A stretch of DNA of 64,000 nt from an uncultured cyanobacterium (GTDB lineage Bacteria > Cyanobacteriota > Cyanobacteriia > Cyanobacteriales > Microcystaceae). This document shows positions 19,783-31,750 of the stretch, piece after piece (the first letter of the stretch is position 1; every line of letters starts with the position of its first letter). The DNA lies in NCBI GenBank assembly GCA_963807635.1, contig CAWEDJ010000071.1, positions 32,001-96,000 on the forward strand. Direction: 5' to 3'. Below the pieces are notes generated by a model. That model had not been told where the DNA came from and did no database searches. It saw only the letters and a program-made list of their open reading frames with translations. The position numbers were made by a program, and so were the translations under genes.

Positions 19783-22021
19783 TTAATCTACATTGTTGAC
19801 AATAATTCCTGCTATTTGGCTTTGATTTGTTCTCAGGTTTTCTAGGGTATCCAGGATGATCGCCCGCTCGGCACGTTTTAAATCAACAACAAATGCGACT
19901 TCATCCACTTTGGGAATAATGCTTTGGGCATCGGCTAATTCGGAAATTGCGGAAGTATCTATCAAAATATAATCATACACTTGTCGCCATTGTTCTAGCA
20001 TGAGATTCATTTTGGGAGAAACTAACCACAAAAAGGAGCTAGTGATTTCGGGGCCTGCCGTCAGGACATCGGGATAACCTTGATGAACGGGGGGAGTTTC
20101 TGCCATTGTGAGAACCGAAGCCTTGGTTAAAACCGAACCCGATAGAGCATTGGAGTTAGGTCTTGCACCATTAGTCGAATTTTCCGGAGAAAAATCGAAA
20201 TTATCCCCAGTATAGAGAGATTCCTCTCTTTCTTGGGGGGCCGTTGATTGAACTAAGCTTTGCCAAGTTAAATCGGTCGCGATCGCGGTGCTGAGACCTT
20301 GGGAGTTGGGCAGGGAAAAAACTTGATGAATTTTAGGATCTGCAAGATTAGCATCCACAATCAAGACTCGTTTTCCTAGTTCAGCTAATACCCGTCCCAA
20401 GTTACAAGTCATGGTTGTTGTGCCTTCTCCCGTTGTGGCCGCCTGCAATCGCGATAGCCTGACCAATCCGATGAGAAGTTTGCAGAGAGAGAGAGAGAGC
20501 TAAAGAACGAATCGCCTCAGTAAAAGCATTAGATTTATTTACTAGACCTGACTGGGAATTTTTGAAAACAGAAACCTGCCCTTGGGCTTTAGGAATTAAT
20601 CCCAAGATAGGCAAAGGAATCATTTGTTTGAGTTCCTGAAGATTTCTAAAACGTTGCTCAATTTTGTCTAGCCAAACAGCCATCGCTGCACCAGAGATAA
20701 TCCCCGCCAACAAAGCCAATATTAGGCCGCGATTGCGATTTTTATCCACAGGCATAGAAGATAACATCGGTGGTTCAATTACCTTCCAAGATGACGTTTC
20801 CTGAGCTTCCATGATGCGGAGTTCCTGGAGTTTTTTCTTAAAGGCATCAACAGTTTGCATATTGTCGGCTTCACGACGCTGGAGAGTTTTATAGGTCTGT
20901 TGTAATTTAAGTAGGCGATCAAGGTCTAAATTAGCCAATTTTTCCTGCTGACGCAGTTGGGGTAACTGTTTTTCCTGAGTTGACAAGCTAATCTGAAGTT
21001 GAGATAATTGACTTCCTAATGCTTGTAAAATTTCTCCATTTTCAATGTTTTTGGAGGCTATGAGAGAATTCTGTGTCCCAATCACCTGCTGACTAGACTT
21101 GCTTAATAACTGATTGAGTTCATCAATTTGTTCTTTCAATAACTTCAAGCGGGGATGGTCGGGCGTATAAAGAGCCTTTTCCGATTGGTATTGAATATTT
21201 AGAATTTGTAATTGCTTGACAATAGACTGATAGGTACTATCTTGGCTTAAAACAGCATCAGCCAATAGGGTTTTAGCATTTTGTTGGAGAGACCTGATTT
21301 GACTTTGTAAAGCTTGGTATTGTTGTTGGGTTTGATAAAGAGTTAATTCAGCCTCTGCAATCTTGACTCGAAGATTTTCTTTTTGAGAATAGGCTAAATT
21401 GATTCCCGCTTCCCCGTCGCCCAGATTGTTACGAATCCGAAAATTAGTCAATTCACGGGACGATTTTTCTAACTCCGCTTGGGCTTGGGGTAATTTTTTC
21501 TCAATAAACCGAACCGCATTGGTAACTGGCGATCGCTGGGTATCCCGTCCATACTCCAAATAGGTAGCGACTAAGGCATCTAAAACAGCCTTCGCTTGGA
21601 GAGGATTCTCATCTTCATAGGAGATAGAAAGAACCGTCGTATCTTCGGGTTGGATCAGCCGTAAATTTTTAGCCAGTAATTCCAAAGAAATTCTTCGATA
21701 GCGAGCATCCAATTTGTTGATCGCCTTACTGAGTAGAGATTGACTTCTGAGGACTTCAATCTCCGTAGGCAAATTAGCCACTTTATCCTTAGAGGAAGTC
21801 GAACCCGATTCTTCCGATTGAACAACTGGCACTGAGACCTTATTCCCCACTAAAATCAAGGATTGGGTTTGGTATAACGGTTTACGGAGAACGAGATATC
21901 CTACTCCCCCCAGAACCACTAGGGCGGTAATACTTGCAGGTAGCCAATGTCGCCTAACCGCAGTCCACCAACTAGTATTAGAGGAGGCGAAATCCGAAAC
22001 CATCATCTTCATATTTTCCAT
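19783..22021 (-). CDS. wzc: Polysaccharide co-polymerase (Wzc/GumC) with a degenerate BY-kinase domain; frameshift near 20445
   Basis: N-terminal TM, EIEVLRS, coiled coil, YTPDHP, second TM, LGLIP, FTEAIRSL, then a kinase-like domain GEGTTT...LIVDAN...ILIDT. Confidence 0.85.
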
Positions 22022-22068
22022 AAAGCATCAAATGAAATTACTGATCTGCTATCTTGACCCGAAAAATT

Positions 22069-23349
22069 TTACGGAAGAGTTACAATTTGAACCTGGGCTT
22101 GGGATTGCGGGAATTCCTCACCAATATTTAAAGCCGTTGCATACTGCTGGGCAATGATATCTAGGGTACATTGGGAAATTAAATAGTTTCGTCCCGCTTC
22201 ACCCATACTTTTTGCCAACTCAGGATTAAAAGAAATCTGTAAAATAAAGTCGGCTAAACCCTGACTATTTTTATTCTTAAAAGTCACTCCACACTGAGTT
22301 TTTTCGACTAATTCATTTAAGTAACATTGCTGGTCACAAATCACTGCGATCGGTCTACCCGTTGCCAACAAACTATAAAATTTACTAGGTGCAACAATCC
22401 CCCCCATTCCCTCCTCTATACTCACCAATGTTAAGTCACAAGCAGTTAGAGAATAGGGTAAAATGTCTTTATCCTGATAGGGTAAAAATAAACAATTATC
22501 CAACCCATAGGTTTGAACAAAATTTCCTGAAGACCGATATTTTGGCCCACCACCAATAAAAACAAATTGAACAGGATATCCCTGCAACAAACGCGCGGCA
22601 TTGAGAATCGTCTGAATATCATGACAGCGACCCATATTGCCAGAATAAAGAATCGTAAATTTTTCAGTTAGATGATATTTTTGGGCAAACCAATTATCTT
22701 TCTTAGCAATGGGGACTATCCAGTTTGGATCAGACCAATTTGATATCACAGAAATCTTATGACCGAGCTTAGGCTGTTTTTTTAAGATTTGCTGTTTCAT
22801 AGAAGTGCTTAGAACAATAACTTTTTTAGCCTTTTGCCAGGTCAGCTCATTCAAACGATTCCACAGTTTAATGATCCAGTTTTCTGAAGATAAAACCCCT
22901 AACTTTTCTGCAACGTCGGGATATAAATCATAAATCAAACAAACATAATTAGAACCTTTCGCAAGATGAAGCAAATATCCAATAAAAGGTAAAAATGGTG
23001 GTGCTGTTGTCAAGAGTAGAATATCGTCTTTTTTAAGATTTCTAAGAAGATGAAGAATTGCACGAACTGTAAATAGAAATCCATGAAAAGCTTTTCCTCG
23101 AATGTTATGAATAGATACCTGAGTTGCTCTAGTACGACGAATAACAACATTATTATGGATTTCTAGGGGTAAGGCACTGACATCGTTAAAAGCGTAGGCA
23201 GGAAGTCCCGTAAAAACCTTAATTGGAGTGCCGTTATCTCCCAAATGGGAAACTAATTCATTAATTAGCTGTCCAGTGGGAGCGAAATCAGGCGGAAAAA
23301 ATTGATTAACAACAAATAATTTTTTACCCTTGCGGAGGAGTTTTTTCAT
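22069..23349 (-). CDS. Glycosyltransferase family 4 (WcaI-like)
   Basis: NQFFPPD, IYDLYPD, LYSGNMG, APSKFY motifs. Confidence 0.9.
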   Translation of the reverse strand: MKKLLRKGKKLFVVNQFFPPDFAPTGQLINELVSHLGDNGTPIKVFTGLPAYAFNDVSALPLEIHNNVVIRRTRATQVSIHNIRGKAFHGFLFTVRAILHLLRNLKKDDILLLTTAPPFLPFIGYLLHLAKGSNYVCLIYDLYPDVAEKLGVLSSENWIIKLWNRLNELTWQKAKKVIVLSTSMKQQILKKQPKLGHKISVISNWSDPNWIVPIAKKDNWFAQKYHLTEKFTILYSGNMGRCHDIQTILNAARLLQGYPVQFVFIGGGPKYRSSGNFVQTYGLDNCLFLPYQDKDILPYSLTACDLTLVSIEEGMGGIVAPSKFYSLLATGRPIAVICDQQCYLNELVEKTQCGVTFKNKNSQGLADFILQISFNPELAKSMGEAGRNYLISQCTLDIIAQQYATALNIGEEFPQSQAQVQIVTLP

Positions 23350-24620
23350 ATTATTTAACTCTCATCAATCCAAATATTGATCAAAATATTGATGTATCAA
23401 GCTTTTTTTCCATCCACCCACTCGCCATTAGGATCAAAAACTTAAGATAGGCACTTTATTGTTTACTTAAAGTAGATTAACAACAGAATCTACTATGTTT
23501 CATAAAATAAATAATTTTGACAATAAATCTCCTCTCTCTGAGAATCTTGGAGTGCACTCAATCGGTGTCTTCTCTTAGGATTCTTGGCAAGCAAAAGCTA
23601 GCCACACAGGTGGTTTGATTTTTCTAAAAATAAATAGAAACCCAACTCAGATTTAGGAGAAATATTAGTTGGAGCGATTTATTTTAAATAAGTCGGTATC
23701 AAAAAAATAGATCGTCAAAAATAAGAAATAAGATATGCTCTATTTACTTTTTGACCTTAAAAACCTTGCAAAAACCTGTCAGCAAAAGAAACATTGCTAA
23801 ACGATGGGAATTAGTTTAAATAAGAATCTACAACTCTACTGATATCGATCAGTACTAGCAGAACTCTTGATATTCAAGGGGAGATGAACAAAATAAGGCT
23901 TCATCCCATAGGTCAAGTTTGGTAAAACTGATGATTTTAAAAAAGTAGGAAAAAGAATTTTCTTAAAAAAATGACAGAACAAAGAATCAATTCAATTGCT
24001 TTCACCAATGAGCTGGAGAATAGTTAAAACGATAGAATGCTTTCCCAATAAATCAGGTAGATCAATAAGCTGAAGTCTTTTTACCGATCGCCTAAGCGAA
24101 TAATTTTTTGTTGATTATGACTTCATACAAGAGTTATCGCCTAAAGAGTAGCTTCTTTCATCAAGTATAAAAAAAGAGCAACGAAAAGGCTGAACCCTAG
24201 TTGAAATCTATCTTCGACAAAAGAGAAGATCATTCTAAAGACAAAACTATTCTGAGAAGGTCAATGGAGGGAATATTCTTTTATTGACTGAGATAATGAA
24301 ATTTTATGATTGATTTTCATAGAGGTATAAAAAAATGGATGTTAAAAAGGATTGGTTTTAAAAGGTGAAAAAAAGGTTTTAATAAAAAGCAACAGTAAAT
24401 TCATTAGTCTGTTTTTTCTGTGCTTCCTGAATGATATACGCAAAATCACGGAGGTGCAAGTTTTTTTTGTATTTTCTTTGCGTGGACTGTTTGGCTTCGG
24501 GCTTAAAGCCTTGCTAGCAAAGACTTTTTGTGCTTCTTGTCTTAGGAATTTTGACAGAAGGTTTGCGTAAGTTCACTCTTCAGCGATGAATTAAGTATAT
24601 CTTGGACTAAATCCACATAC

Positions 24621-24659
24621 TGTGATCCAGATCTTTATTTTTGTGTGATCTGAATCACA
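24621..24659. promoter_or_regulatory. CRP (SyCrp1)-type binding site(s)
   Basis: Perfect TGTGA-N6-TCACA at 24644-24659 (TGTGATCTGAATCACA); partial site TGTGATCCAGATCTTT at 24621-24636; minus-strand TATACT at 24594-24599. Confidence 0.6.
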
Positions 24660-24697
24660 GCACGAATTCTTTCCAGTTTTAAAAGTCTGATGGTCAG

Positions 24698-24799
24698 TAA
24701 GCTATTAATTGTCTAAAACGCATACAGACAAAGGGATTAAGCCTCTTGTTAGAAGATTTTCAGCAGAATCATGATGCAATCTAAATTCGTGACAGCTTA
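24698..24799. mobile_element. 102-bp dispersed repeat/MITE, copy 1 (TAAGCT...AGCTTA ends)
   Basis: Colinear with 51584-51685, about 15 mismatches by hand alignment. Confidence 0.8.
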
Positions 24800-24875
24800 T
24801 TTAGACAAAATCAAGGGTAAATGTCCATTCAAGTTGTTTTTTAAGCCTGAACGGGCATTCTTCCTAAATCCCTGA

Positions 24876-25591
24876 TTATTTGGCTTTGATTGCTCTCCAA
24901 ATATAAAAAAGCAACACGGCGGAAAGAAGAGACCCTAGATTCCACTTGACGGATTTTTTGAGTAACTCTAATCGAACATCCCGAAGAGACTGAGCTTGCT
25001 CCTTAAGCTTGACTTCTCCATCGGTCATCACAGTGGTTAGTCGATTTTTGAGGGTTTTGACCTGTTCGGGGTTCTCTAGCTTAGGGATGGGACCGTTATT
25101 GCCGAGGTCACGGGAGAGAATTTGTTGTAGTTCAGATTGGGTCTTGGTCGTTTTTAAGTTAGTCTGGGCTTTTTTGACCTGGGCGATTTGGATATCTAGC
25201 TGGAGGAGTTGTTGATGATTGAGGGTGAGTAATCGGTTGGTATTGATGATGCCAATGGGGATCATCAGTAGATAGATCAGTCCGAGGATAAGGGCTAACC
25301 AAGTAATCAGAGATAATAAAAATTGTTCTAAACGTTTGCGTCCAAAATTTGGCCCAGGTAAATCATGGCATAGGCTAAAAATAGAACAGGAACTTTTTCG
25401 ACTAAGGCTCCAAAAGTCTGAAATTCCCAATTGGGATTGGTCAAGCGGAGTGGGATCAGGGTATCGATAAAATCAAAGAGGAAAAAGGCGAGAAAAACGT
25501 AACCAATGACTCGTATAAGAGCTAAAGTCCATAGAGTAGAGGTATTGGTCATAATAGGGTGGTTATGAACGTTACTTTCGTGAAAATTCAT
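24876..25591 (-). CDS. HpsJ-like membrane protein (cyanoexosortase A-associated); frameshift near 25350
   Basis: LIPLRLTNPNWEFQTFGALVEKVPV...LLKKSVKWNLGSLLS; several TM segments. Confidence 0.75.
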
Positions 25592-25764
25592 TGTTTTGTT
25601 GGTTTAAATTAAGGTAAGTTATTGCGATATTAAAAACAGTCATTGAGCTGATCGCTGACATGATGAATGACTCCATAATAATAAGGAGTAGGGTGAAAGG
25701 AAAAGATTTCTAAAAGGCGATCGCTAAGAAGTAAATGAGGACAATAGGAACACAATATGTCGGT

Positions 25765-26427
25765 TTAATCGGAGGACGGATAATGGGAAACCCACCACTT
25801 AAACCAAGATTGCCCCGCGTTTTGGAGTATTTTTTGAGAGTTGTGATTTTCTGACGGTGTGGATAGGGTTAAATGCGACCAGAGACAGCGTTGATCCAGT
25901 AGATTGGATTTTCCCCAGAGCCACCCCAAGAAACCGTTTAAAGTTTTTCCTGTAACTAATTTCGTCCGTAGGAATTGATCCGCCGTCACCGTACTCGACC
26001 CCTGGGGATTGATGCAGGCACTCAAATAGGAACGATTCTGATGATTTCCTAAGGCGATCGCGCCCATCCCCTCTTGATGAGTTATCTGAGAAATAGAAGT
26101 ATCTCCAATATATTTACGCAAGAGATTAGGAATGTCCGCTTCTGCCGTATTCAAATAACGCATTTGAATATTTAGCGTCAAACCATCGGGCGAGAGGTAT
26201 TGATAGGAGCGGCTGGCAATAGGGGTTAACTCATTGGAGCTAGGGAACTCTAAGGTATGACTCCTAACTTGTTTCCAGCCTGATAGAGGAACTTTTTCAG
26301 GAAAAGAAAAAGGCGCGACGGTCGGACGGGAAAGTAAGGGAGTTTTGATGCCCCAAAGAGAGCTGACTATTGTTCCACCCAGGGCGATCGCTAAAACAGA
26401 GGGACGATAGAAATTCCAATGTTTCAT
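25765..26427 (-). CDS. Cyanoexosortase A system-associated protein
   Basis: N-terminal TM, FPEKVPLSGW, YLSACINPQGSSTVT, DQRCLW; overlaps the exosortase gene. Confidence 0.8.
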   Translation of the reverse strand: MKHWNFYRPSVLAIALGGTIVSSLWGIKTPLLSRPTVAPFSFPEKVPLSGWKQVRSHTLEFPSSNELTPIASRSYQYLSPDGLTLNIQMRYLNTAEADIPNLLRKYIGDTSISQITHQEGMGAIALGNHQNRSYLSACINPQGSSTVTADQFLRTKLVTGKTLNGFLGWLWGKSNLLDQRCLWSHLTLSTPSENHNSQKILQNAGQSWFKWWVSHYPSSD

Positions 26428-27315
26428 TCTGTTTCCTCTTGCTCAGATCCTAAAGGATTAGGTGACTGGATGAGAAAATAAATCACAGTACAAAGGAGAG
26501 ACATAGACATCATTGAAAACAAAAGAGAGCCTTCTCCAGAGTGCCAATACTCAAAACCAACTCGATTATGGTAGGCAACAATTACCGCTAAAAGTGCGAC
26601 TCGGATACTATTCATGATAAAACCGATCAAAATTGCCGTAACGGGTAAAATGAACTTGGTTTTCCAATTACTCGGAAACATGAGAAAAAATAATAGGCTT
26701 AAACTCAACAAATCGAGCATAGAAGCTAGTCCTGAACATCCAGGATAAACCTCAACTCCATTAGAAGAACCTGCAAAATAGAGATTAACGCCCTCTCGAA
26801 CGGTTTCAAAACCCGAATACCAAAGCAAATAGCCCGCCAATTTAGCCGTTAGAGGGGAGGGATCGAGGTTGCCTAACAAGGACGTTAGAGGAGTAACTGC
26901 GCATAAAAATAAATAAAATCAAAAATTCGCGTTTGTATTGCCCTAAACCCTGAAACCCAGAAGCCAAAAGGGTCAAGGAAAAAAAAGCTATCAGGGGAAA
27001 GAGATATAAACTAGAGCTACTCTGGGTAATTAAAAAAACACTTTTGATTAATAACGGGAGCAAAAGTGCGATCGCAAAGCAACTAGAAAAGATGCTACTC
27101 TTCAGTTGCAAGGTCTCTCGTTTATCCCAAATCAAAGCGGCGACCGCCGACCAAAAGACCACACTAAGCCCAAAAAAACTTAAAGCCCCTACTCGCCAAA
27201 TCATACTGAGATGAACCAAGCAAAGGCTAATTCCCAAGGAAGCCAACAACATTTTTGTTGTATCGACAAGTCGAGGCCTATTTGCCCATTTTTTGAAAAA
27301 TTGGTCAATATCCAT
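26424..27315 (-). CDS. crtA: Cyanoexosortase A; frameshift near 26890
   Basis: Multi-TM protein with the exosortase triad: Cys (VYPGCSGL), Arg (NSIRV), His (YWHSGEG). Confidence 0.85.
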
Positions 27316-27751
27316 TATTTAAAAAAAGAAATTTTCTAAAAGATCATTAAACAACAAGCTTTTTTGTGACTAAAAAGCAGAAAATTTAGGCTGTTCGTAA
27401 TCTAAACTTCAGAATTGATCGATGCCCCAAAAAGAGCTTCAAAATCAAGATTGACAGTTAAAATGACGAAACAAACCAAGCAGACATAACAGGTAAGTCG
27501 AGGTAAATCGGACTTTGTCAGTTGGCACGTGGTATTGATTGGATGTTAATAATTTGTTTTTGTTCTTAAAGTTGTTAAATGAGAATTTAAAAAAATTTTA
27601 GTATTATAAACGTTCCCTTAATGCGAATTATATCAGTAATAATGCGCATTGCCAAGGGTGAAAGGAAAAAAGCAAGTGTTATCACTGATGCTTCTATTGC
27701 TATCACCCCTGAACAGAGGTCGCGATCGCGCCCCATTCTTAGATCGAACAC

Positions 27752-28177
27752 TTATTCATAAAACCGTTGAAAAGCCTGTCCATTAGTCCGTCGGCTCATA
27801 CGAAGCGTAAATTCACTAACCGATGGATTGGGCTTATCGGGGTGGGGAGTCTTGGTACTACGTTTCCAATCATGCTGGGATGCTAATTTTGCTTCCACCA
27901 CTTGATCCTCTGTTTTTTTCAACTTCATCCACATTTTCCCGTGATCATTACAGAAAAATTCCTCTAACCAAGCTCGGCGGTCAACGACAGCACTGAATTG
28001 GGCTTGTCCTGTGACCAAACTTGCTTTTTTGTGACTCAGATTCATTTCTTGTTGAATTTCACTGGTTTCAGTATAAAAAACGTAATGTTTTTCGCCGTCC
28101 ATGCGCCATAAACGCCGTTCACAATACGGACATTGCACTTTCAGAGTTTGTTTTCTGCGACTTCTTTTGTTTGGCAT
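27752..28177 (-). CDS. Hypothetical protein with CxxC and CxxH motifs
   Basis: CPYC...WLEEFFCNDHG...NPSVSEFT; clean 141-aa ORF. Confidence 0.6.
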   Translation of the reverse strand: MPNKRSRRKQTLKVQCPYCERRLWRMDGEKHYVFYTETSEIQQEMNLSHKKASLVTGQAQFSAVVDRRAWLEEFFCNDHGKMWMKLKKTEDQVVEAKLASQHDWKRSTKTPHPDKPNPSVSEFTLRMSRRTNGQAFQRFYE

Positions 28178-28243
28178 AGCAAATGAGAAATGTGAATAAA
28201 GAGTATGAAGTGAAATTGAGGGACTAAAATTGATGGTTACATT

Positions 28244-28829
28244 TTAGGGTACTGGGAGACGTATTGGCTCAGATTGATGGGACAAATCAGAAACGAGGTT
28301 ACGTTGCTTGACGGGCTGGGCGGGATTTCCTGAATAAATTGTCATGGGTTTGAGAGACCGAGAGGCCACCGATCCCAACCCTAAAATTGCCCCTCGTCCG
28401 ACCGTGACCCCTGTGCCGACCACAGAACGAGCCGCAATCCAACTTCCTTCCTCTATACAAATTTCTCCTGTGAGTAATTTAAAATTGCGATCGTGCCAAT
28501 CGTGATTGCCTGTACAGAGGTAAACATCCTGGAAACACAAACATGATCTTTAATGATGACGGGGGCAATGTTATCAATCCAGACATTTTCCCCAATCCAA
28601 ACGTGATCTCCCACTTTTAATCGCCAGGGAAATTTAACCTTAACACCAGGCTCTGATCACTACTCCTGTACCAATTTGGTCCAAAAGCTCGTAATAAAAA
28701 AACTTTGAAAGCCTTAATGGGGACAAGATGAGTCCGAAACAAAAAGTCACCTAAAAAAAACCAAAAAAGTTGTTTAAGAGTCGATGCACCAGGACTATAA
28801 CCGCTAGGTTTGTAATTATTGAGGTACAT
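28244..28829 (-). CDS. WcaF/HpsU-like hexapeptide-repeat polysaccharide acetyltransferase; several frameshifts
   Basis: Fragments YKPSGYSPGA...LLRAFG, KFP, VGDHVWIGENVWIDNIAP, LCTGNHDW, GSWIAA, YSGNPA. Confidence 0.8.
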
Positions 28830-29211
28830 GATAATTAATTTAAAAAAAATTTCAAAAAAGTATTTAAAAGTGTTTAATAATTTTTCTCTTATTTACTGAC
28901 AAACTTTACTTTCAAAGCTCTCAATATACATTGTTATCCCAAATTCTACTGTGATACTCGTAAGTTCAATCAGAATAATCAGAATACGGTAAATATAGAA
29001 AAAACTTGTGAATATTCTGTGAGTAAAATTCGATTACTAAAACGTTAAATATTACCCGCCGTTTAAAGTTGATCTTCCGTTAAGTAGGCGATCGCGGAAT
29101 CTTTGCCCATAATTGTCCAGAAAACAATAAAGGAGACAAAACTACGATCAAATAGTCTTAATCTCCCTAAAAAAAGCAATTATTATTATTTTTGATTAAT
29201 ATGTCAGAAAA

Positions 29212-29483
29212 TCAGCCTTCAGAAAAAATCATTTTTTTTAACATAGAAGTTTCCATAACGTCATCAAAAATGGTTAGATTCTTGGGTTTACAGCGTTTAA
29301 CTTGCACCTGAATCCCCTGGGCTCCTTCTCCTAATAAATCTTCCAGATAACCCTCTTTTGCACTCTCAGCCTCAGATTTAGCCAAAAAAGGGCCAAGTAA
29401 GTACATCGCGGAACCGTTGTTCCAATCTCCACCCAAAAGGCTAAACCGAGTAAATCTAGTAGCTGTAAAAATTTTTCTTTCAT
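29212..29483 (-). CDS. DUF1816-type small cyanobacterial protein; frameshift near 29395
   Basis: LGLAFWVEI...PRCTY / GPF...GYLEDL..EGAQGI..VKRCKP..LTI. Confidence 0.75.
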
Positions 29484-29584
29484 GTTTGTATTCCCAATGA
29501 TGTTAGTCGAGTTGTTATTGTAACCTGAGTTCCGAAACATTTCGTAAAACTCCCAGCTAACGTCTTTAGTTATACTTCCGAATC

Positions 29585-30703
29585 CTAAATAGGGAAAGTC
29601 TTTGATGATACAGATATTGCGGTTGTCATATTTAATTTTTGGGAGCCTCGCTGACGATAGACTTCATAGAGCGTAATTCCCGCCGCAACGGACGCATTCA
29701 AACTAGGGGTTTTGCCCGCTAGGGGAATCTCCATCAACTGATCGCAATGACGTTGGGTTAAAAGACTCAGACCGTCTCCTTCCGAACCAATCACCAGGCA
29801 AACAGGCCCCCGTAAATCTAAATCATGAATAGATTTGCCCTGTCCTGCGGCAGTTCCGTAGATCCAAAAGCCCTCAGTTTTTAGGGTTTCTAGGCATCGA
29901 CTCAGATTGACGACCCGTGCGACCGAAAAATGCTCCAAGGCACCCGCCGCCACTTTCATGACCGCAGAGGTAATGCCAACTGCGCGACGTTGGGGAATGA
30001 CTAGACCTTGCGCCCCAAAAGCTTCGGCTGTGCGGATAATCGCGCCCAAATTATGAGGATCGGTGATGCTATCTAAAACGATAATCACAGGATCGGTTCG
30101 TTGGGCTTTGGCCTGTTGAATTAAGTCTTCTAATTCTTTGTAGGTATAGGGGGCAACCTGGGCGACGACTCCCTGGTGATTCGCTCCCTGGGTCAGTTGG
30201 TTTAAGCGTAAATTTTCAACTTCATCAATAATCGCGCCATTGGCTTTGGCTTCTACTAGTAGGGAATGGAAACGGGGATCGTAGTGTAATTTGGCCGTAA
30301 TTCAAATGCGATTCAGTTGGCGATTACTTTTCATGGCGGCAATCACGGGATGACGACCGTAGATCAGATCGTTATCTTCTTCGCTTTCCGATTCTTCCCT
30401 AGTATTTCCCTCCGAGGCGATCGCGTTAAGAGACGGTACAAACTTTCGTGTTTTTTCCTCCCGACCAGCCCTATCGATATCGGGGATCACTTTTTTATCA
30501 GCTCTGGGAATTCTCGGTGTAATCTGCTCCGATGGGGAGTCACTGCGATCGGCCCGATTAATTCTCGGTTTATCCGTATTAAATTGGGGTTTATTCTCGC
30601 GGTTAAATCTAGGTTTTGGCGATCGGCTTGAGCTGGGTTGGTCGCCATCTTTACGGAACGGTTTGCGGCCAGCCTTCTGCCCTCTACGGGGTTTGTCTAT
30701 CAT
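29585..30703 (-). CDS. rlmB: 23S rRNA (G2251-2'-O)-methyltransferase; in-frame TGA at 30302-30304 where Trp is expected
   Basis: [40 protein letters not shown]; both parts lie in the same frame. Confidence 0.9.
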
Positions 30704-30888
30704 GGAAATTTTAGTATTAGGATGAATTAGGAATTAGCAATAATTTATTCAGAAAAACACGCTTGTCGTATTTCCCTTCCGTTCAATATTTATCTCTTTT
30801 AGAGGGAATTCAGGGGAGATTTTTAAAACACGATAAGCTTAAACAACATAGGCACAAAAAATCAACAATCAATTAAATATATTCAGCC

Positions 30889-31236
30889 TTAAACAATAAT
30901 ATTCAGATATTCTAACAACTCTTGTAAGCGGGTAGGATCGTTGATATAAAGATAACCTAACAATGTTTCCAAACTCGTTGCCTTTTGATACACTTTCGGA
31001 GACAACCGACGAGGACACCCCGACGCTGCATTTCTTCCACGCCGTAAAATATCTTTTTCTGTTTCCGTTAAATAAGGCTCTAAAAGCTTGAGAGACTCGG
31101 CCTGACTTTCGGCTCGAACGGTGGAAACCACTTGATCATGATAATCTGAGACTCGCTTGGGCGGAAAGAGAAAATGAGTGCGGACATAAAGTTCATAAAC
31201 AGCATCTCCCAAATAGGCTAACGAACTGGGAGACAA
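30889..31236 (-). CDS. mrnC: Mini-ribonuclease III (true start probably further upstream)
   Basis: LAYLGDAVYEL, RRGRNA, YQKATSLETLLGYLY. Confidence 0.85.
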   Translation of the reverse strand: MSPSSLAYLGDAVYELYVRTHFLFPPKRVSDYHDQVVSTVRAESQAESLKLLEPYLTETEKDILRRGRNAASGCPRRLSPKVYQKATSLETLLGYLYINDPTRLQELLEYLNIIV

Positions 31237-31369
31237 TTGCCCAGATGACCTGGTTTCTTTTGCTCATGGGTTTTCATCTCCGCTAGATTTGCTTCAAAAA
31301 TAAGCTCTGAAGCATCCCCTTGTCCCTCTGACAAATCCGAAGCCTTGTTTTCAATTACAACATTCGTCA

Positions 31370-31750
31370 TCACTTTTTAGATGGCTTGGATGGCAAGGCC
31401 GCGATCGCATCATTGAGGGTGGCGTGCAGAGGCAAAAATTTCTCTAATCGAACTAACTTAACGGTTTGAGTAACGCGAGAATTAGTAACAATATGAAGAT
31501 TTCCCTCTTGATTTTTAGCTTGTTTAGCTAATTGTACCAATGCGCCCAAGCCAGAACTGTCTAGAAAATCAATGCTAGAAAGATCGAGAATCACGTTAAC
31601 AGGGCCTTTGCCCATCGCATCTCCCAGAACTTTGCGGAAAGTCGGCTCTGAAAAGGCATCTAATAAACCTGTTAGCCGAAAAATCTGATAGGTATCCTGT
31701 ACATCGAGAGTTCCCCGCAAACTCACGGTCAGGTTTAGTGCTTCAGGAAT
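31370..31750 (-). CDS. STAS-domain anti-sigma factor antagonist, probable ATT start
   Basis: LDLSSIDFLDSSGLGALV; the frame extends to ATT at 31750 preceded by AAGGGGGAAG. Confidence 0.85.
   Translation of the reverse strand: MPEALNLTVSLRGTLDVQDTYQIFRLTGLLDAFSEPTFRKVLGDAMGKGPVNVILDLSSIDFLDSSGLGALVQLAKQAKNQEGNLHIVTNSRVTQTVKLVRLEKFLPLHATLNDAIAALPSKPSKK

Noticed and set aside
24352..24570. 72-aa plus-strand ORF in the long intergenic region
   Set aside because: TTG start, low-complexity AT-rich sequence, no recognisable motif.
30302..30304. In-frame TGA in rlmB as recoding or selenocysteine
   Set aside because: It falls where Trp (TGG) is expected and next to a GGCC; TGA is used as a normal stop elsewhere in the window.
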